Positions 38,442-47,751 of a DNA stretch of 64,000 nt are shown here, piece by piece; positions within the stretch are counted from its first letter, which is position 1, and each line of letters starts with the position of its first letter. The stretch is from an uncultured Gammaproteobacteria bacterium (GTDB taxonomy: Bacteria > Patescibacteriota > Microgenomatia > Daviesbacterales > UBA10151). The notes below the pieces were generated by a model, which did no database searches, was not told the origin of the DNA, and was given only the letters and a program-made list of their open reading frames with translations. The translations under genes were made by a program, and so were the position numbers. The stretch lies in NCBI GenBank assembly GCA_964625535.1, contig CAZVEX010000001.1:128295-192294 (forward strand), written 5' to 3'.

Positions 38442-39694
38442 AATACATTATAAACGGAGGGAAAAAATTAGAAGGTGAAATTGAAGTCTCTGGCAACAAA
38501 AATGCCATTTTTCCCTGCGTGGCTGCAGCTTTATTAACGGACGAAGAAGTAGTTTTGGAAAATGTGGCCGATCTTACAGACACAAAGGTCCTGATACAAA
38601 TTCTTAAGAGTTTGGGCATTAAGGTATATAGACACAAAAGTACACTGGTCATAAATGCCCGGGATCTTAAAAGCACTACTTTATCAAAAGATCTGATGAC
38701 TAAGCTTCGGGGATCAATAGTTTTGGTGGGCGCAATTCTGGCTAGAAAAAATAAAGTTAATTTCTTTCATCCGGGAGGAGATATTATTGGTCAGCGCAGC
38801 ATCAACACTCATCTGGAAGCTTTTAAAAGCATTGGAGCTATCCTAAAAAGAAATGATTTGTGCTATTCCTTGCGTTTTGAGCAACATGAGAATTTAGCGG
38901 TCAGCATTTTTTTACGGGAGGCCTCTGTGACGGCCTGCGAAAATCTCATCCTGTTGTCTGTTTTAAGTAAAAAAAAGGTGCTTTTAAAAAATTGCCCCAC
39001 CGAGCCTCATGTGGTGGATCTTAGCAAAATGCTTTTGCAGATGGGAGCCAGAATCAGCGGAGTGGGCACAGATACTCTTTTGATTAAGGGAGTCAATAAG
39101 CTGAGCGGAACCAAATTCAAAATCGGTATAGATTACGTTGAGGTAGGAACGTACGCAATAGCAGCGGCCATCACGGGGGGCAAAATAAAAATTTTCGGTT
39201 TAGACGGCGCTGAATTGGATCCCGTTTTGGAGCCATTGAAAAGATTTGGGGTTAAAGTGCAAGCAAGCGATAATAATCTTGTTGTTAGCTCGGATAAACT
39301 CAAATCTCCTTTGAAAATTATTACTAATATTTGGCCCGGTTTTCCTACCGATTTGATGAGTGTGGTGATAGTTTTGGCAACACAGAGCAAAGGTGTTACT
39401 CTTTGTCATGATTGGATGTATGAATCAAGGATGTTTTTTGTGGATAAATTAATTTCCATGGGAGCAAACATCACTTTGGCTGATCCGCATAGAAGCTTTG
39501 TTTACGGTCCCAGCAAGCTAAGAGGTCGGGTAATGGAAACTCCGGATATTAGAGCCGGCATGGCGTTGGTTCTGGCCGCTTTAGTTGCCAAGGGAGAAAG
39601 TGTAATTAACCAGGTAGAGTTGATTGAGAGAGGTTATGAGGATGTGGCGGGAAAACTAAAAGATTTGGGAGCAGACATTCAAAAACATGTTTAA
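38438..39694 (+). CDS. murA: UDP-N-acetylglucosamine 1-carboxyvinyltransferase
   Basis: N-terminus LEGEIEVSGNKNAIFPCVAAALL and the overall EPSP-synthase-like fold pattern. Confidence 0.85.
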   Translation: MKYIINGGKKLEGEIEVSGNKNAIFPCVAAALLTDEEVVLENVADLTDTKVLIQILKSLGIKVYRHKSTLVINARDLKSTTLSKDLMTKLRGSIVLVGAILARKNKVNFFHPGGDIIGQRSINTHLEAFKSIGAILKRNDLCYSLRFEQHENLAVSIFLREASVTACENLILLSVLSKKKVLLKNCPTEPHVVDLSKMLLQMGARISGVGTDTLLIKGVNKLSGTKFKIGIDYVEVGTYAIAAAITGGKIKIFGLDGAELDPVLEPLKRFGVKVQASDNNLVVSSDKLKSPLKIITNIWPGFPTDLMSVVIVLATQSKGVTLCHDWMYESRMFFVDKLISMGANITLADPHRSFVYGPSKLRGRVMETPDIRAGMALVLAALVAKGESVINQVELIERGYEDVAGKLKDLGADIQKHV

Positions 39695-40772
39695 AAATTA
39701 TCTGGCGGGTAAGTACTCAAGGCTTTATTCCAGGGAAACGTTTGTAGCGGTTTGCGGGTCTGTCGGAAAAACGGTCGCCACTCTGGCGGCGGGTAAGGTT
39801 TTGTCTCAAAAGTATAAAACTATAACTACCAATCCATACCACGATCCCGCAGCCGCCGCTGTCGCAACCATTCTAAAATTAAATCCGACTACTAAAAGGG
39901 GAGTGTTTGAAGTAGCTATCAAATACCCGGGACAGATGGATTTTTATCTGTCTTTAATTCAACCTAAAACGGTTTTGGTTACCAAAGCAGACAGGGAGGT
40001 GCAGGACGATATGATTAAACTGGTGGAACAAATACCCAGAGACGGAAGCTTAATTATAAGTTTTGATGATATAGTCGGCAAAAAATTGGCAGAAAAATGC
40101 AAAGGTAGAGTGCTTTATTTTGGCGAGGATCCCCAAAACTGTACGATTTGGGCTGGCAACATCAAAACGGAAAATTTTAGTACCTCCTTTGAATTGAATT
40201 TGGGAGTAGAGAGAGTAAAAGTGATTTTTCCTTATTTGGGCAGGCACCATGTTTACTGCGCTATGGCAGGCGCTTTACTGGGAGTTTTGGAGAATATTCC
40301 TTTGACCAAAATAAAAATAGCTCTGGAATCTCTCATTCCTTTGGAACATCACCTGCAAATTATAGAGGGACCAAACGATTCGACGATCTTGGATGATACT
40401 GTAAACGCTACACCTTTATCCGTGGAATCGGCAATAGATACCCTGATGCAAATCCCCGCTCGCAGAAGAGTGTTGGTTCTGGGGGAGATGAAAGATTTAG
40501 GGGATTTATCGGACAGAGTGCACCGCCTGGTTGCTCAAAAAATTTATAAGGAGAAGTTAGACTTGGTTTTTTTGGGTACGGGAGCAGCTTTGGTAGTAGC
40601 AGATGAATTAAAAAATTTAGGTTTTTGGGAAGAAAAAATTGAATCAAATTTACAAAATTCGCAGATGGTTGTCAGGTTACTTAAGATTTTAGGAAGCGGT
40701 GACGTTTGCTTGATTAAGGGACAGCGGTCTTCGAGGCTTGATGAGGTGGTAAAAAGGGTTAAAGGGAATTAG
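39687..40772 (+). CDS. murF: Mur ligase lacking the N-terminal domain, probably MurF
   Basis: P-loop VCGSVGKT at residue ~24 and position in the dcw cluster before mraY. The protein is 361 aa. Confidence 0.45.
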   Translation: MFKNYLAGKYSRLYSRETFVAVCGSVGKTVATLAAGKVLSQKYKTITTNPYHDPAAAAVATILKLNPTTKRGVFEVAIKYPGQMDFYLSLIQPKTVLVTKADREVQDDMIKLVEQIPRDGSLIISFDDIVGKKLAEKCKGRVLYFGEDPQNCTIWAGNIKTENFSTSFELNLGVERVKVIFPYLGRHHVYCAMAGALLGVLENIPLTKIKIALESLIPLEHHLQIIEGPNDSTILDDTVNATPLSVESAIDTLMQIPARRRVLVLGEMKDLGDLSDRVHRLVAQKIYKEKLDLVFLGTGAALVVADELKNLGFWEEKIESNLQNSQMVVRLLKILGSGDVCLIKGQRSSRLDEVVKRVKGN

Positions 40773-40781
40773 AATTAATAT

Positions 40782-41795
40782 ATGCTTTACTTATTGGGAT
40801 TGATTTTAGCGTCTTTTATTGTAACGAGCATTTTCATGGTGCCCTTTATCGATCTGCTCTTTTTTTTAAAGAGAAAATTCCAGCGTCAAACTGCGCTTGC
40901 GAATAGTTCTCAAACCCCCATTCATGACGTCCTGATGAAAGCCGACGAAAAAACTCCGTCGGGTGGGGGAATACTGCTCATATTAATTCTGGCCGTGTTA
41001 TCAATCGGGTTTTATTTCTTAAACTTCCGGACAACGCCGGATGCGGTTACTTTAAAAATTTTACTTTTTACGCTTTTTTCCTTCGGCTCCTTGGGACTTT
41101 TGGATGATATTAAACTGATTTTTACCAGAAGAAAGGGCAAGTTTTTAGGTATGGGCAGGAGGAAATTATTGGGCTTCCAGTTTATCTTGGCCGGTCTGAT
41201 TGGAGCAATGCTTTATTATCTGGCCGGATTAAATAATTTGTATATCACCGGTTTAGGCAATTTTGTCATTGGTCTTTGGTACATACCTCTGGCCGCTTTC
41301 ATTATAGTATCTTTTGCCAATGCTTATAATATTTCCGATGGATTGGACGGTTTATCCGCGGGATTACTTTTGATTTGTCTGTTTGCCTTTTTGGGGATTA
41401 CTTCCAGAGCATTGGATTTAACCCTGGCTTCTTTTATAGGTATTTGGATAGGGGCGTTATTTGCCTTCCTATATTTTAATATCTGGCCCGCCAGAATTTT
41501 CATGGGTGATGGGGGATCTTTTGCTTTCGGAGCTGCTTTAGCGGTGGTTGGACTGCTGACGGGAAAGATCTTAGCGCTGGCGATTATAGGAGGAATGTTT
41601 GTTTTTATTGTCGCTTCATCCTTGTTGCAAATCCTTTCTAAAAAAATGCTTAAAATGAAAATTTTGCCCGTTGCCCCAATTCATATGTATTTCAAATACA
41701 TTGGTTGGGAGGAACCAAAAATTGTGGTCAGGTTCTGGTTGGCCCAGGGACTGCTTGCGATTTTTGGCCTTTGGATAGCATTACTTTCTAAATAA
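40782..41795 (+). CDS. mraY: phospho-N-acetylmuramoyl-pentapeptide transferase
   Basis: ANAYNISDGLDGLSAG motif and 10 TM helices. Confidence 0.85.
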   Translation: MLYLLGLILASFIVTSIFMVPFIDLLFFLKRKFQRQTALANSSQTPIHDVLMKADEKTPSGGGILLILILAVLSIGFYFLNFRTTPDAVTLKILLFTLFSFGSLGLLDDIKLIFTRRKGKFLGMGRRKLLGFQFILAGLIGAMLYYLAGLNNLYITGLGNFVIGLWYIPLAAFIIVSFANAYNISDGLDGLSAGLLLICLFAFLGITSRALDLTLASFIGIWIGALFAFLYFNIWPARIFMGDGGSFAFGAALAVVGLLTGKILALAIIGGMFVFIVASSLLQILSKKMLKMKILPVAPIHMYFKYIGWEEPKIVVRFWLAQGLLAIFGLWIALLSK

Positions 41796-41798
41796 GAT

Positions 41799-42902
41799 AT
41801 GAGGCGAGCAATTATACATCTTAAGTCTCAAAAAAAAACCTTTGATTTACCGCTTTTTGTAACCGTTTTAATACTGGTGTTATTTGGTTTATTGATGGTT
41901 TATGATGCCTCATCAATACAAGCCTTAAGAGATTTTAAAGACAGCTATTATTATATTCGGCAGCAGCTTTTATGGGTGGCGCTGGGAGTGGTTTCCATGT
42001 TATTCTTTGCCAATTTTAGTTATCGCAAGTTTAAAGCTTTGGCCGCTCCTCTGCTGGCGGTTTCTTTTATACTGCTACTCTCGGTTTTTATCCCCGGTTT
42101 AGGGGTAGCCGGAGGAGGAGCTCATCGATGGCTAAAACTGGGTTGGGTCACAGTTCAGCCTGCGGAAATTATGAAGCTCGCTGCAGCGATATTTTTGGCC
42201 TCTTTATTCGAGAAAAAAACTCGGATAATACCTTTTGTAATACTTATTGTGGCAGTTTCAGGGGTTACTGCCGTTTTGCAAAAGGATTTGGGATCAACAT
42301 TGGTTTTTACATTAAGCAGTTTGCTGTTGTATTTTGCAGCAGGAGGTCCCCTGTGGCACTATTTGCTATTTTTGCCTCCTGCCGCAGGAGCAATACTAGC
42401 TTTGATATTTATTTCTCCCTATCGCAGTAAGAGAATTCTGGCCTTTTTGGATCCTTTTTCCGATCCCCAGGGTTTCACATACCACATATCGCAAGTTTTG
42501 ATTGCGCTGGGAACAGGCGGTTTATTGGGATTGGGATTGGGTCAGTCCAGACAAAAATTTGAGTATATCCCGGAAGTCAGCACGGATTCTATTTTTGGCA
42601 TAATAGGGGAGGAGTTAGGATTTTTGGGAGGAGTTTTATTGATTTTGCTTTTTGCCTTTCTGATTTTGCGATGTTTAATAATTGCCCAGAGGTGCAGCGA
42701 TCGCTTCGGCAGAATTTTGGCAGTCGGATTAACATCTTGGCTGGGGATTCAAACTGCTATTAATCTATCCTCCATGGTGGCGCTGCTTCCTTTAACAGGG
42801 GTCCCCTTACCATTTATCTCTTACGGCGGCTCGGCATTACTAGCAAATCTGACAGCCATAGGAATTTTACTTAATATTTCAAAATCAGAAGGAGCTGGAT
42901 GA
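41799..42902 (+). CDS. ftsW: SEDS-family peptidoglycan glycosyltransferase FtsW
   Basis: LPLTGVPLPFISYGGSA motif, positioned between mraY and murG. Confidence 0.75.
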   Translation: MRRAIIHLKSQKKTFDLPLFVTVLILVLFGLLMVYDASSIQALRDFKDSYYYIRQQLLWVALGVVSMLFFANFSYRKFKALAAPLLAVSFILLLSVFIPGLGVAGGGAHRWLKLGWVTVQPAEIMKLAAAIFLASLFEKKTRIIPFVILIVAVSGVTAVLQKDLGSTLVFTLSSLLLYFAAGGPLWHYLLFLPPAAGAILALIFISPYRSKRILAFLDPFSDPQGFTYHISQVLIALGTGGLLGLGLGQSRQKFEYIPEVSTDSIFGIIGEELGFLGGVLLILLFAFLILRCLIIAQRCSDRFGRILAVGLTSWLGIQTAINLSSMVALLPLTGVPLPFISYGGSALLANLTAIGILLNISKSEGAG

Positions 42903-43963
42903 AGATTTTGGTAACCGGCGCACATTTTACGCCGGCTGTTGCCACAATTGAAGAGTTTAAGAAAAACTACAAGCATGAGGTGGTTTATGTGGGAAGAAAA
43001 ACTCCCCTTGAGGGAGATAATACTCCATCCGCAGAATCACAGGTTTTGCCAAGGCTGGGAGTAGAATTTATCTCCCTTATAACAGGAAGACTTCAAAGAG
43101 AATTTACCGTCTATACAATTCCTTCGCTTCTGAAGATACCGGTAGGTTTTTTGCAAGCCCCCGTAATTTTATTAAAAGAAAAACCGGATGTGGTTTTATC
43201 CTTTGGAGGTTATGTTGCTGTTCCCGTTGTGATCTGGGCCTGGCTTTTCTCAATTCCCATCATTATTCATGAGCCGGCGATTATATCGGGTTTGGCTAAC
43301 AAAATATCCGCATATTTCGCAAATAAAATTGCCGTTTCTTTTCCGATCAAATATCCCTACCCGGAAGAAAAAACCGCGGTTACCGGAAATCCCATGCGCA
43401 GAGAAATTAAGGATGCCATAAATATCAGCAAGAGGGGAAAACCCGCTATTTTAGTAACAGGCGGCAATCAGGGCTCGCATGTCATTAATATGGCGGTTGA
43501 GGAGTGTCTTGATAAACTTACTAAAATAGTCAAAGTAGTTCATCAAACAGGCGACTCAAAATTTGGCGATTACGATAGACTAAAACAAAAACAAAATGAA
43601 AATTATAGGGTAGAAAAGTTTATTAGTAATGGATGGGGACAGCTGTTGCAGGAATGCGATTTGGCAGTTTCAAGGGCAGGCATAAATACCTTAAGCGAGC
43701 TGGCATATCTGGGGAAACCAGTTTTGGTCATTCCCATTGCCGGGCATCTGGAACAAAACGTAAGCGCAAGGTATTTTGAAAATTTAGGACTGGCAAAAAT
43801 TTTACCCCAATCAAAGCTCTCTGGAGGGAGCTTACTGCTGAATATTAAGAAGATGCTTAAAAATTTAAATCAATTAAAAATTAAAGCAGGTAGCTTAAAA
43901 AAAAACATTATTAAAGATGGCGCAAAAAAACTTGCTTTGGAAACAGTTCTTTTGAAATCATGA
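42899..43963 (+). CDS. murG: UDP-GlcNAc:undecaprenyl-PP-MurNAc-pentapeptide GlcNAc transferase
   Basis: GT28 pattern: N-terminal VTGAHFTPA, C-terminal ITGGNQGSHV, and an EQ..NA region. Confidence 0.7.
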   Translation: MKILVTGAHFTPAVATIEEFKKNYKHEVVYVGRKTPLEGDNTPSAESQVLPRLGVEFISLITGRLQREFTVYTIPSLLKIPVGFLQAPVILLKEKPDVVLSFGGYVAVPVVIWAWLFSIPIIIHEPAIISGLANKISAYFANKIAVSFPIKYPYPEEKTAVTGNPMRREIKDAINISKRGKPAILVTGGNQGSHVINMAVEECLDKLTKIVKVVHQTGDSKFGDYDRLKQKQNENYRVEKFISNGWGQLLQECDLAVSRAGINTLSELAYLGKPVLVIPIAGHLEQNVSARYFENLGLAKILPQSKLSGGSLLLNIKKMLKNLNQLKIKAGSLKKNIIKDGAKKLALETVLLKS

Positions 43964-44664
43964 GAAAAAAGATAAAACTAACTATCCTGGTGGCCATCAC
44001 AATAATATTTCTATTATTGGGTATCTATTTAATTTTTTTTACTAAATTTTTTATTGTCAAATCTGTGGAGGTTGAAGGGAACTTAACTTGTGTTGATAGG
44101 GAAAATCTTTTGGGGAGCATGGAAATCGTTGGCTCAAATTTTTTTTTGATACAAAACTTAGCTATTGAAGAAAAACTTAAAGACAGGTTTACTTGTATAA
44201 AATCAGTTAAAGTTTTTAAAAAATTCCCCAACCGGATTTTTTTGGAAGTTAAAAACCGCTCCCCGCAAGCAAAGTTTTTCGTTTTGAAAAATCAGGAAAG
44301 CACCCCTTCCGCCGTGGAAGATTTTTCCTTAGTTGACGAGGAGGGAGTGCTTTTTTCCGGCAGCGATGGTGCAGGCTTAAAAATTTATTCGGAACACAAA
44401 GATAAAGATATAAAAAAGATTCTTTTGGTATTGAATAAGACAAAATTTTTTGGTATAGAGATTATGGAAGCAAGCATTGTTGAGGATACCTTGCTAATAC
44501 ATTCGGTGCCGAAAATTATCTTTGCTCTCGAGAAAGATATTGATATGCAAATTGCATCTTTACAACTGATCTTAAGTAAAGCTAAAATAGACGAAGAAAC
44601 AATAGAGTTTATCGATTTGCGATTTGATAAACCTGTGGTTCGGTTTGCCCCAAAGAAAAAATAA
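43960..44664 (+). CDS. ftsQ: FtsQ/DivIB-like cell division protein
   Basis: N-terminal TM helix plus a POTRA-like region, positioned before ftsA. Confidence 0.45.
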   Translation: MRKKIKLTILVAITIIFLLLGIYLIFFTKFFIVKSVEVEGNLTCVDRENLLGSMEIVGSNFFLIQNLAIEEKLKDRFTCIKSVKVFKKFPNRIFLEVKNRSPQAKFFVLKNQESTPSAVEDFSLVDEEGVLFSGSDGAGLKIYSEHKDKDIKKILLVLNKTKFFGIEIMEASIVEDTLLIHSVPKIIFALEKDIDMQIASLQLILSKAKIDEETIEFIDLRFDKPVVRFAPKKK

Positions 44665-44665
44665 T

Positions 44666-45970
44666 ATGGCCAAAGACAAAATAATCTGCGGAATAGATGT
44701 CGGCTCCTCTAAAATTGCCACTCTGATAGCATCAGTTGATGAGTCCGCCTCTGGCGGAGGAAAAATTAACCTGATTGGTGTTTCCAGTACTGCTTCCAAG
44801 GGCGTAAGAAAAAATCAGGTGGTGGATATTGACGAAGCTGTTGACGCTATTACCGAATCGGTTGAAGCGTCAGAGCGAATGGCCGGTTATTCCATCTCCT
44901 CCGCCTTTGTTTCCCTGGGAGGGCCGCAGGTAGAAAGTACCAATTCCCATGCCGTGGTGGCAGCGTCGGAACCGGAAGGAGAAATTAAAGAGAGTGATAT
45001 TTTAAGAGTTCAAGACGGCGCTAAAGCCATTGCACTCCCTTCATCGCGTGAGATTTTACATGTTATCCCCCGCACTTTCACGGTTGACGGTCAGGAAGGA
45101 ATTAAAGACCCCATTGGCATGACAGGAGTAAGACTGGAAACGGAAACTCATATCATAACCGGTTCTACTACCTCAATGAGGAATTTGGTCAAATGCATTC
45201 AGGAAGTGGGTATAGATGTGGAAGAGCTGGTTTTCGGTGGCATAGCTTCATCACTGTCTGTTTTGACGGATACGGAAAAAGAGCTGGGGGTGGTACTGGT
45301 TGATATAGGAGGGGAAACTACGGATGTGGTGGTATTTGTTGACGGGTCGGTTGCCTATTCTGCGGTGATACCAATTGGAGCAAGACACATTACTTCGGAT
45401 ATGGCTGTGGGACTTAGGATTTCTTTGGAATCGGCAGAAAAAATAAAGCTGGCTTTAGGTAGAAAACAAAAAACTCCGGTTCTGCCGGAGGGGGAGGAAG
45501 AAAAATCAGAGCCTGTTAGAAAAAAGGAGGAGGAGTTGCTTGACGTTAAAGCCATAGGTATTGAGGAAGATGTGCAAAAAATTTCCAGAAAGGCAGTCGT
45601 TGACGGAATAATCAGACCCAGGCTTCAGGAAATATTTAAGTTTGTCGGTAAAGAGCTTAAAAAGAGCGGATTTGGCACTCAAGTTCCTTCCGGTTTGGTT
45701 ATTTGCGGTGGAGGGGCCCAAACCGCCGGGGTTTTGGAACAGGCTAAATATGTCCTGGGTTTTCCCGCCAGGGTCGGCAAAATCGAAGGTTTAGGAGGTT
45801 TGGTTGATGAGATTGAATCGCCCTCTTTTGCGACTGCAGCCGGTTTAATTCTTTACGGAGTCAGCCAAAAAAGTCACGGGGAAATCCACCTGCCGGTTCT
45901 TTCCGGCAATCTGCCGCTTAAAGGTTATTTGCAAAAGGGTATAGCCCTAATTAAATCGTTCCTGCCTTAA
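44666..45970 (+). CDS. ftsA: cell division protein FtsA
   Basis: IICGIDVGSSKIATL actin-fold phosphate-1 motif. Start reassigned to the internal Met. Confidence 0.8.
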   Translation: MAKDKIICGIDVGSSKIATLIASVDESASGGGKINLIGVSSTASKGVRKNQVVDIDEAVDAITESVEASERMAGYSISSAFVSLGGPQVESTNSHAVVAASEPEGEIKESDILRVQDGAKAIALPSSREILHVIPRTFTVDGQEGIKDPIGMTGVRLETETHIITGSTTSMRNLVKCIQEVGIDVEELVFGGIASSLSVLTDTEKELGVVLVDIGGETTDVVVFVDGSVAYSAVIPIGARHITSDMAVGLRISLESAEKIKLALGRKQKTPVLPEGEEEKSEPVRKKEEELLDVKAIGIEEDVQKISRKAVVDGIIRPRLQEIFKFVGKELKKSGFGTQVPSGLVICGGGAQTAGVLEQAKYVLGFPARVGKIEGLGGLVDEIESPSFATAAGLILYGVSQKSHGEIHLPVLSGNLPLKGYLQKGIALIKSFLP

Positions 45971-45979
45971 GTTAGGGGC

Positions 45980-46009
45980 TTGATATTGTTAATAACAATC
46001 TGCTATATT
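45980..46009 (+). promoter_or_regulatory. promoter candidate TTGATA-18 nt-TATATT in the ftsA-ftsZ spacer, containing the palindrome ATTGTTAATAACAAT
   Basis: Read directly. ftsZ-proximal internal promoters are common in bacteria. Confidence 0.3.
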
Positions 46010-46028
46010 CTGCCCAGAAACGTAATTT

Positions 46029-47192
46029 ATGTTAATTAAACCGGATGTTGCGAGATTTGCCAAAATTAAAGTAATAGGTCTTGGTGGTGGTGGCTCCAAT
46101 TCCTTAAATTCCATGATTTCTCTCCAGCAAATTCAGGGAGTGGAGTTTGTGGCCGTAAATACGGACGCGCAGGCCCTGATGAATAACCAGTCTCCTACCA
46201 AAGTGCAAATAGGCGAGACATTAACTAAAGGTTTAGGTTCGGGAGGCGATCCTGAAGTTGGCCGTCAGGCAGCGGATGAATCTACTCCAAAATTGCAAGA
46301 CGTACTGCAGGATGCGGATATGGTTTTTTTGACAGCCGGTATGGGCGGGGGAACAGGTACAGGTTCAATTCCGATTGTTGCCCAGATTGCCAAGAGCGTA
46401 GGGGCATTGACTGTGGCTGTTGTCACCAAGCCTTTTGCTTTTGAGGGTACAAGAAGAATGATGGTGGCGGAAGAAGGGGTGGAGACCTTAAAAGATAAAG
46501 TAGACGCACTCATTATTATTCCCAATCAAAGACTTTTGGAAACTGTTGAAAAAAATATGACCTTGCAGGAAGCATTTAAGCTGGCAGATTCGGTTTTGGG
46601 TCAGGGTGTACAGGGAATTTCCGACCTTATTGTTATGCCCGGGTTGATTAATGTGGATTTTGCGGATGTGAAAACCATCATGAGTAATGCCGGATCGGCC
46701 TTAATGGGGATTGGAGTAGCCGGAGGAGAAAACAGAGCCTCTGCGGCAGCCAGAATGGCCATATCCAGTCCTTTACTCGAGGTCTCAATTGAGGGAGCAA
46801 AAGGGGTATTATTTAATATTGTGGGCGGGCCGGATCTTTCCATGACGGAAGTAAATGAGGCGGCCCAAATTATCGCTCAAGCGGCAGACCCTGATGCCAA
46901 TATTATATTTGGAGCCACCATCAAAGAAGATCAACTAGATCAGATTAAAGTGTCGGTGATAGCCACCGGTTTTGATGAGACCAGAAGAAGGCTGCGGGAA
47001 TATGTGGGGACAGGAATTGGCTCGGCTTCACTGGGAGTTCAACCACAAGCCTGGACAGATACAACCGCTCCTTCTGCAGATGAGGAAGAACTTCCTCAAG
47101 AAGCAGAGGAAAGTGGGGAAGAAAAAGAGAAAGAAAGAGAAAAAGAAGAAGAAGACCTCGAAATCCCGGCTTTTTTAAGGAGTAATCGGTAA
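46029..47192 (+). CDS. ftsZ: cell division GTPase FtsZ
   Basis: GLGGGGSN and GGGTGTG tubulin signatures, with a C-terminal acidic E/K-rich linker. Confidence 0.9.
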   Translation: MLIKPDVARFAKIKVIGLGGGGSNSLNSMISLQQIQGVEFVAVNTDAQALMNNQSPTKVQIGETLTKGLGSGGDPEVGRQAADESTPKLQDVLQDADMVFLTAGMGGGTGTGSIPIVAQIAKSVGALTVAVVTKPFAFEGTRRMMVAEEGVETLKDKVDALIIIPNQRLLETVEKNMTLQEAFKLADSVLGQGVQGISDLIVMPGLINVDFADVKTIMSNAGSALMGIGVAGGENRASAAARMAISSPLLEVSIEGAKGVLFNIVGGPDLSMTEVNEAAQIIAQAADPDANIIFGATIKEDQLDQIKVSVIATGFDETRRRLREYVGTGIGSASLGVQPQAWTDTTAPSADEEELPQEAEESGEEKEKEREKEEEDLEIPAFLRSNR

Positions 47193-47725
47193 TGCCCGAA
47201 AAAGGAAAAAAAGAACCCCCTGCCATATCTACAGTTGGATTTACTCCCAAAGGACGAGAACTATTAACAAATGGTTTAGGATCAGACAGTTTTGCACAGC
47301 GATTACAAGCAACTTCAGGTATGGTAGAAAGAGCTGAAATATACAGAGATGAGCTATACAGGGTAATGGGTATACTTGATTCAGCTAGATCAAGATTGTT
47401 AGATACGGCCTTGAGTGGAGCTTTTGCATTAGCACGGCTAGAAGTCGAGACATCGGCGAGTATCAGAGTTGGTGGAGTTTCAGGTTTTGTACTGAGGGAG
47501 TTAAAGATCCAAGAAAGCGAAGAAGGAGCAGTCTATATTAACCTTCCTGAAGCCGCAAGAAAGGGATTAGAGGAAATGGCTAGGTATCAAGAAAGAGTGG
47601 GAGAAGCAGAGGGGCGTTTAGATGCAGTGAGATCGATTTGGGATGTATTATGGTTAGGATCTGAGTTAGATCAGTTGTTAAGAAAATCACCACTCCTTAG
47701 AGGAACACCAGACTCTAGCCATTAA
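47192..47725 (+). CDS. hypothetical protein translationally coupled to ftsZ
   Basis: 177 aa, with its start codon overlapping the ftsZ stop. Predicted helical, with no TM segment and no recognisable motif. Confidence 0.4.
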   Translation: MPEKGKKEPPAISTVGFTPKGRELLTNGLGSDSFAQRLQATSGMVERAEIYRDELYRVMGILDSARSRLLDTALSGAFALARLEVETSASIRVGGVSGFVLRELKIQESEEGAVYINLPEAARKGLEEMARYQERVGEAEGRLDAVRSIWDVLWLGSELDQLLRKSPLLRGTPDSSH

Positions 47726-47751
47726 ATTAGGATTCTGTTAAAATTTATCTC

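Noticed and set aside
47090-47165. Purine-rich GAA/GAG/AAA repetitive tract at the 3' end of ftsZ.
   Set aside because: It encodes the E/K-rich disordered C-terminal linker that is normal for FtsZ. It is not a tandem repeat with a defined unit and not a mobile or regulatory element.
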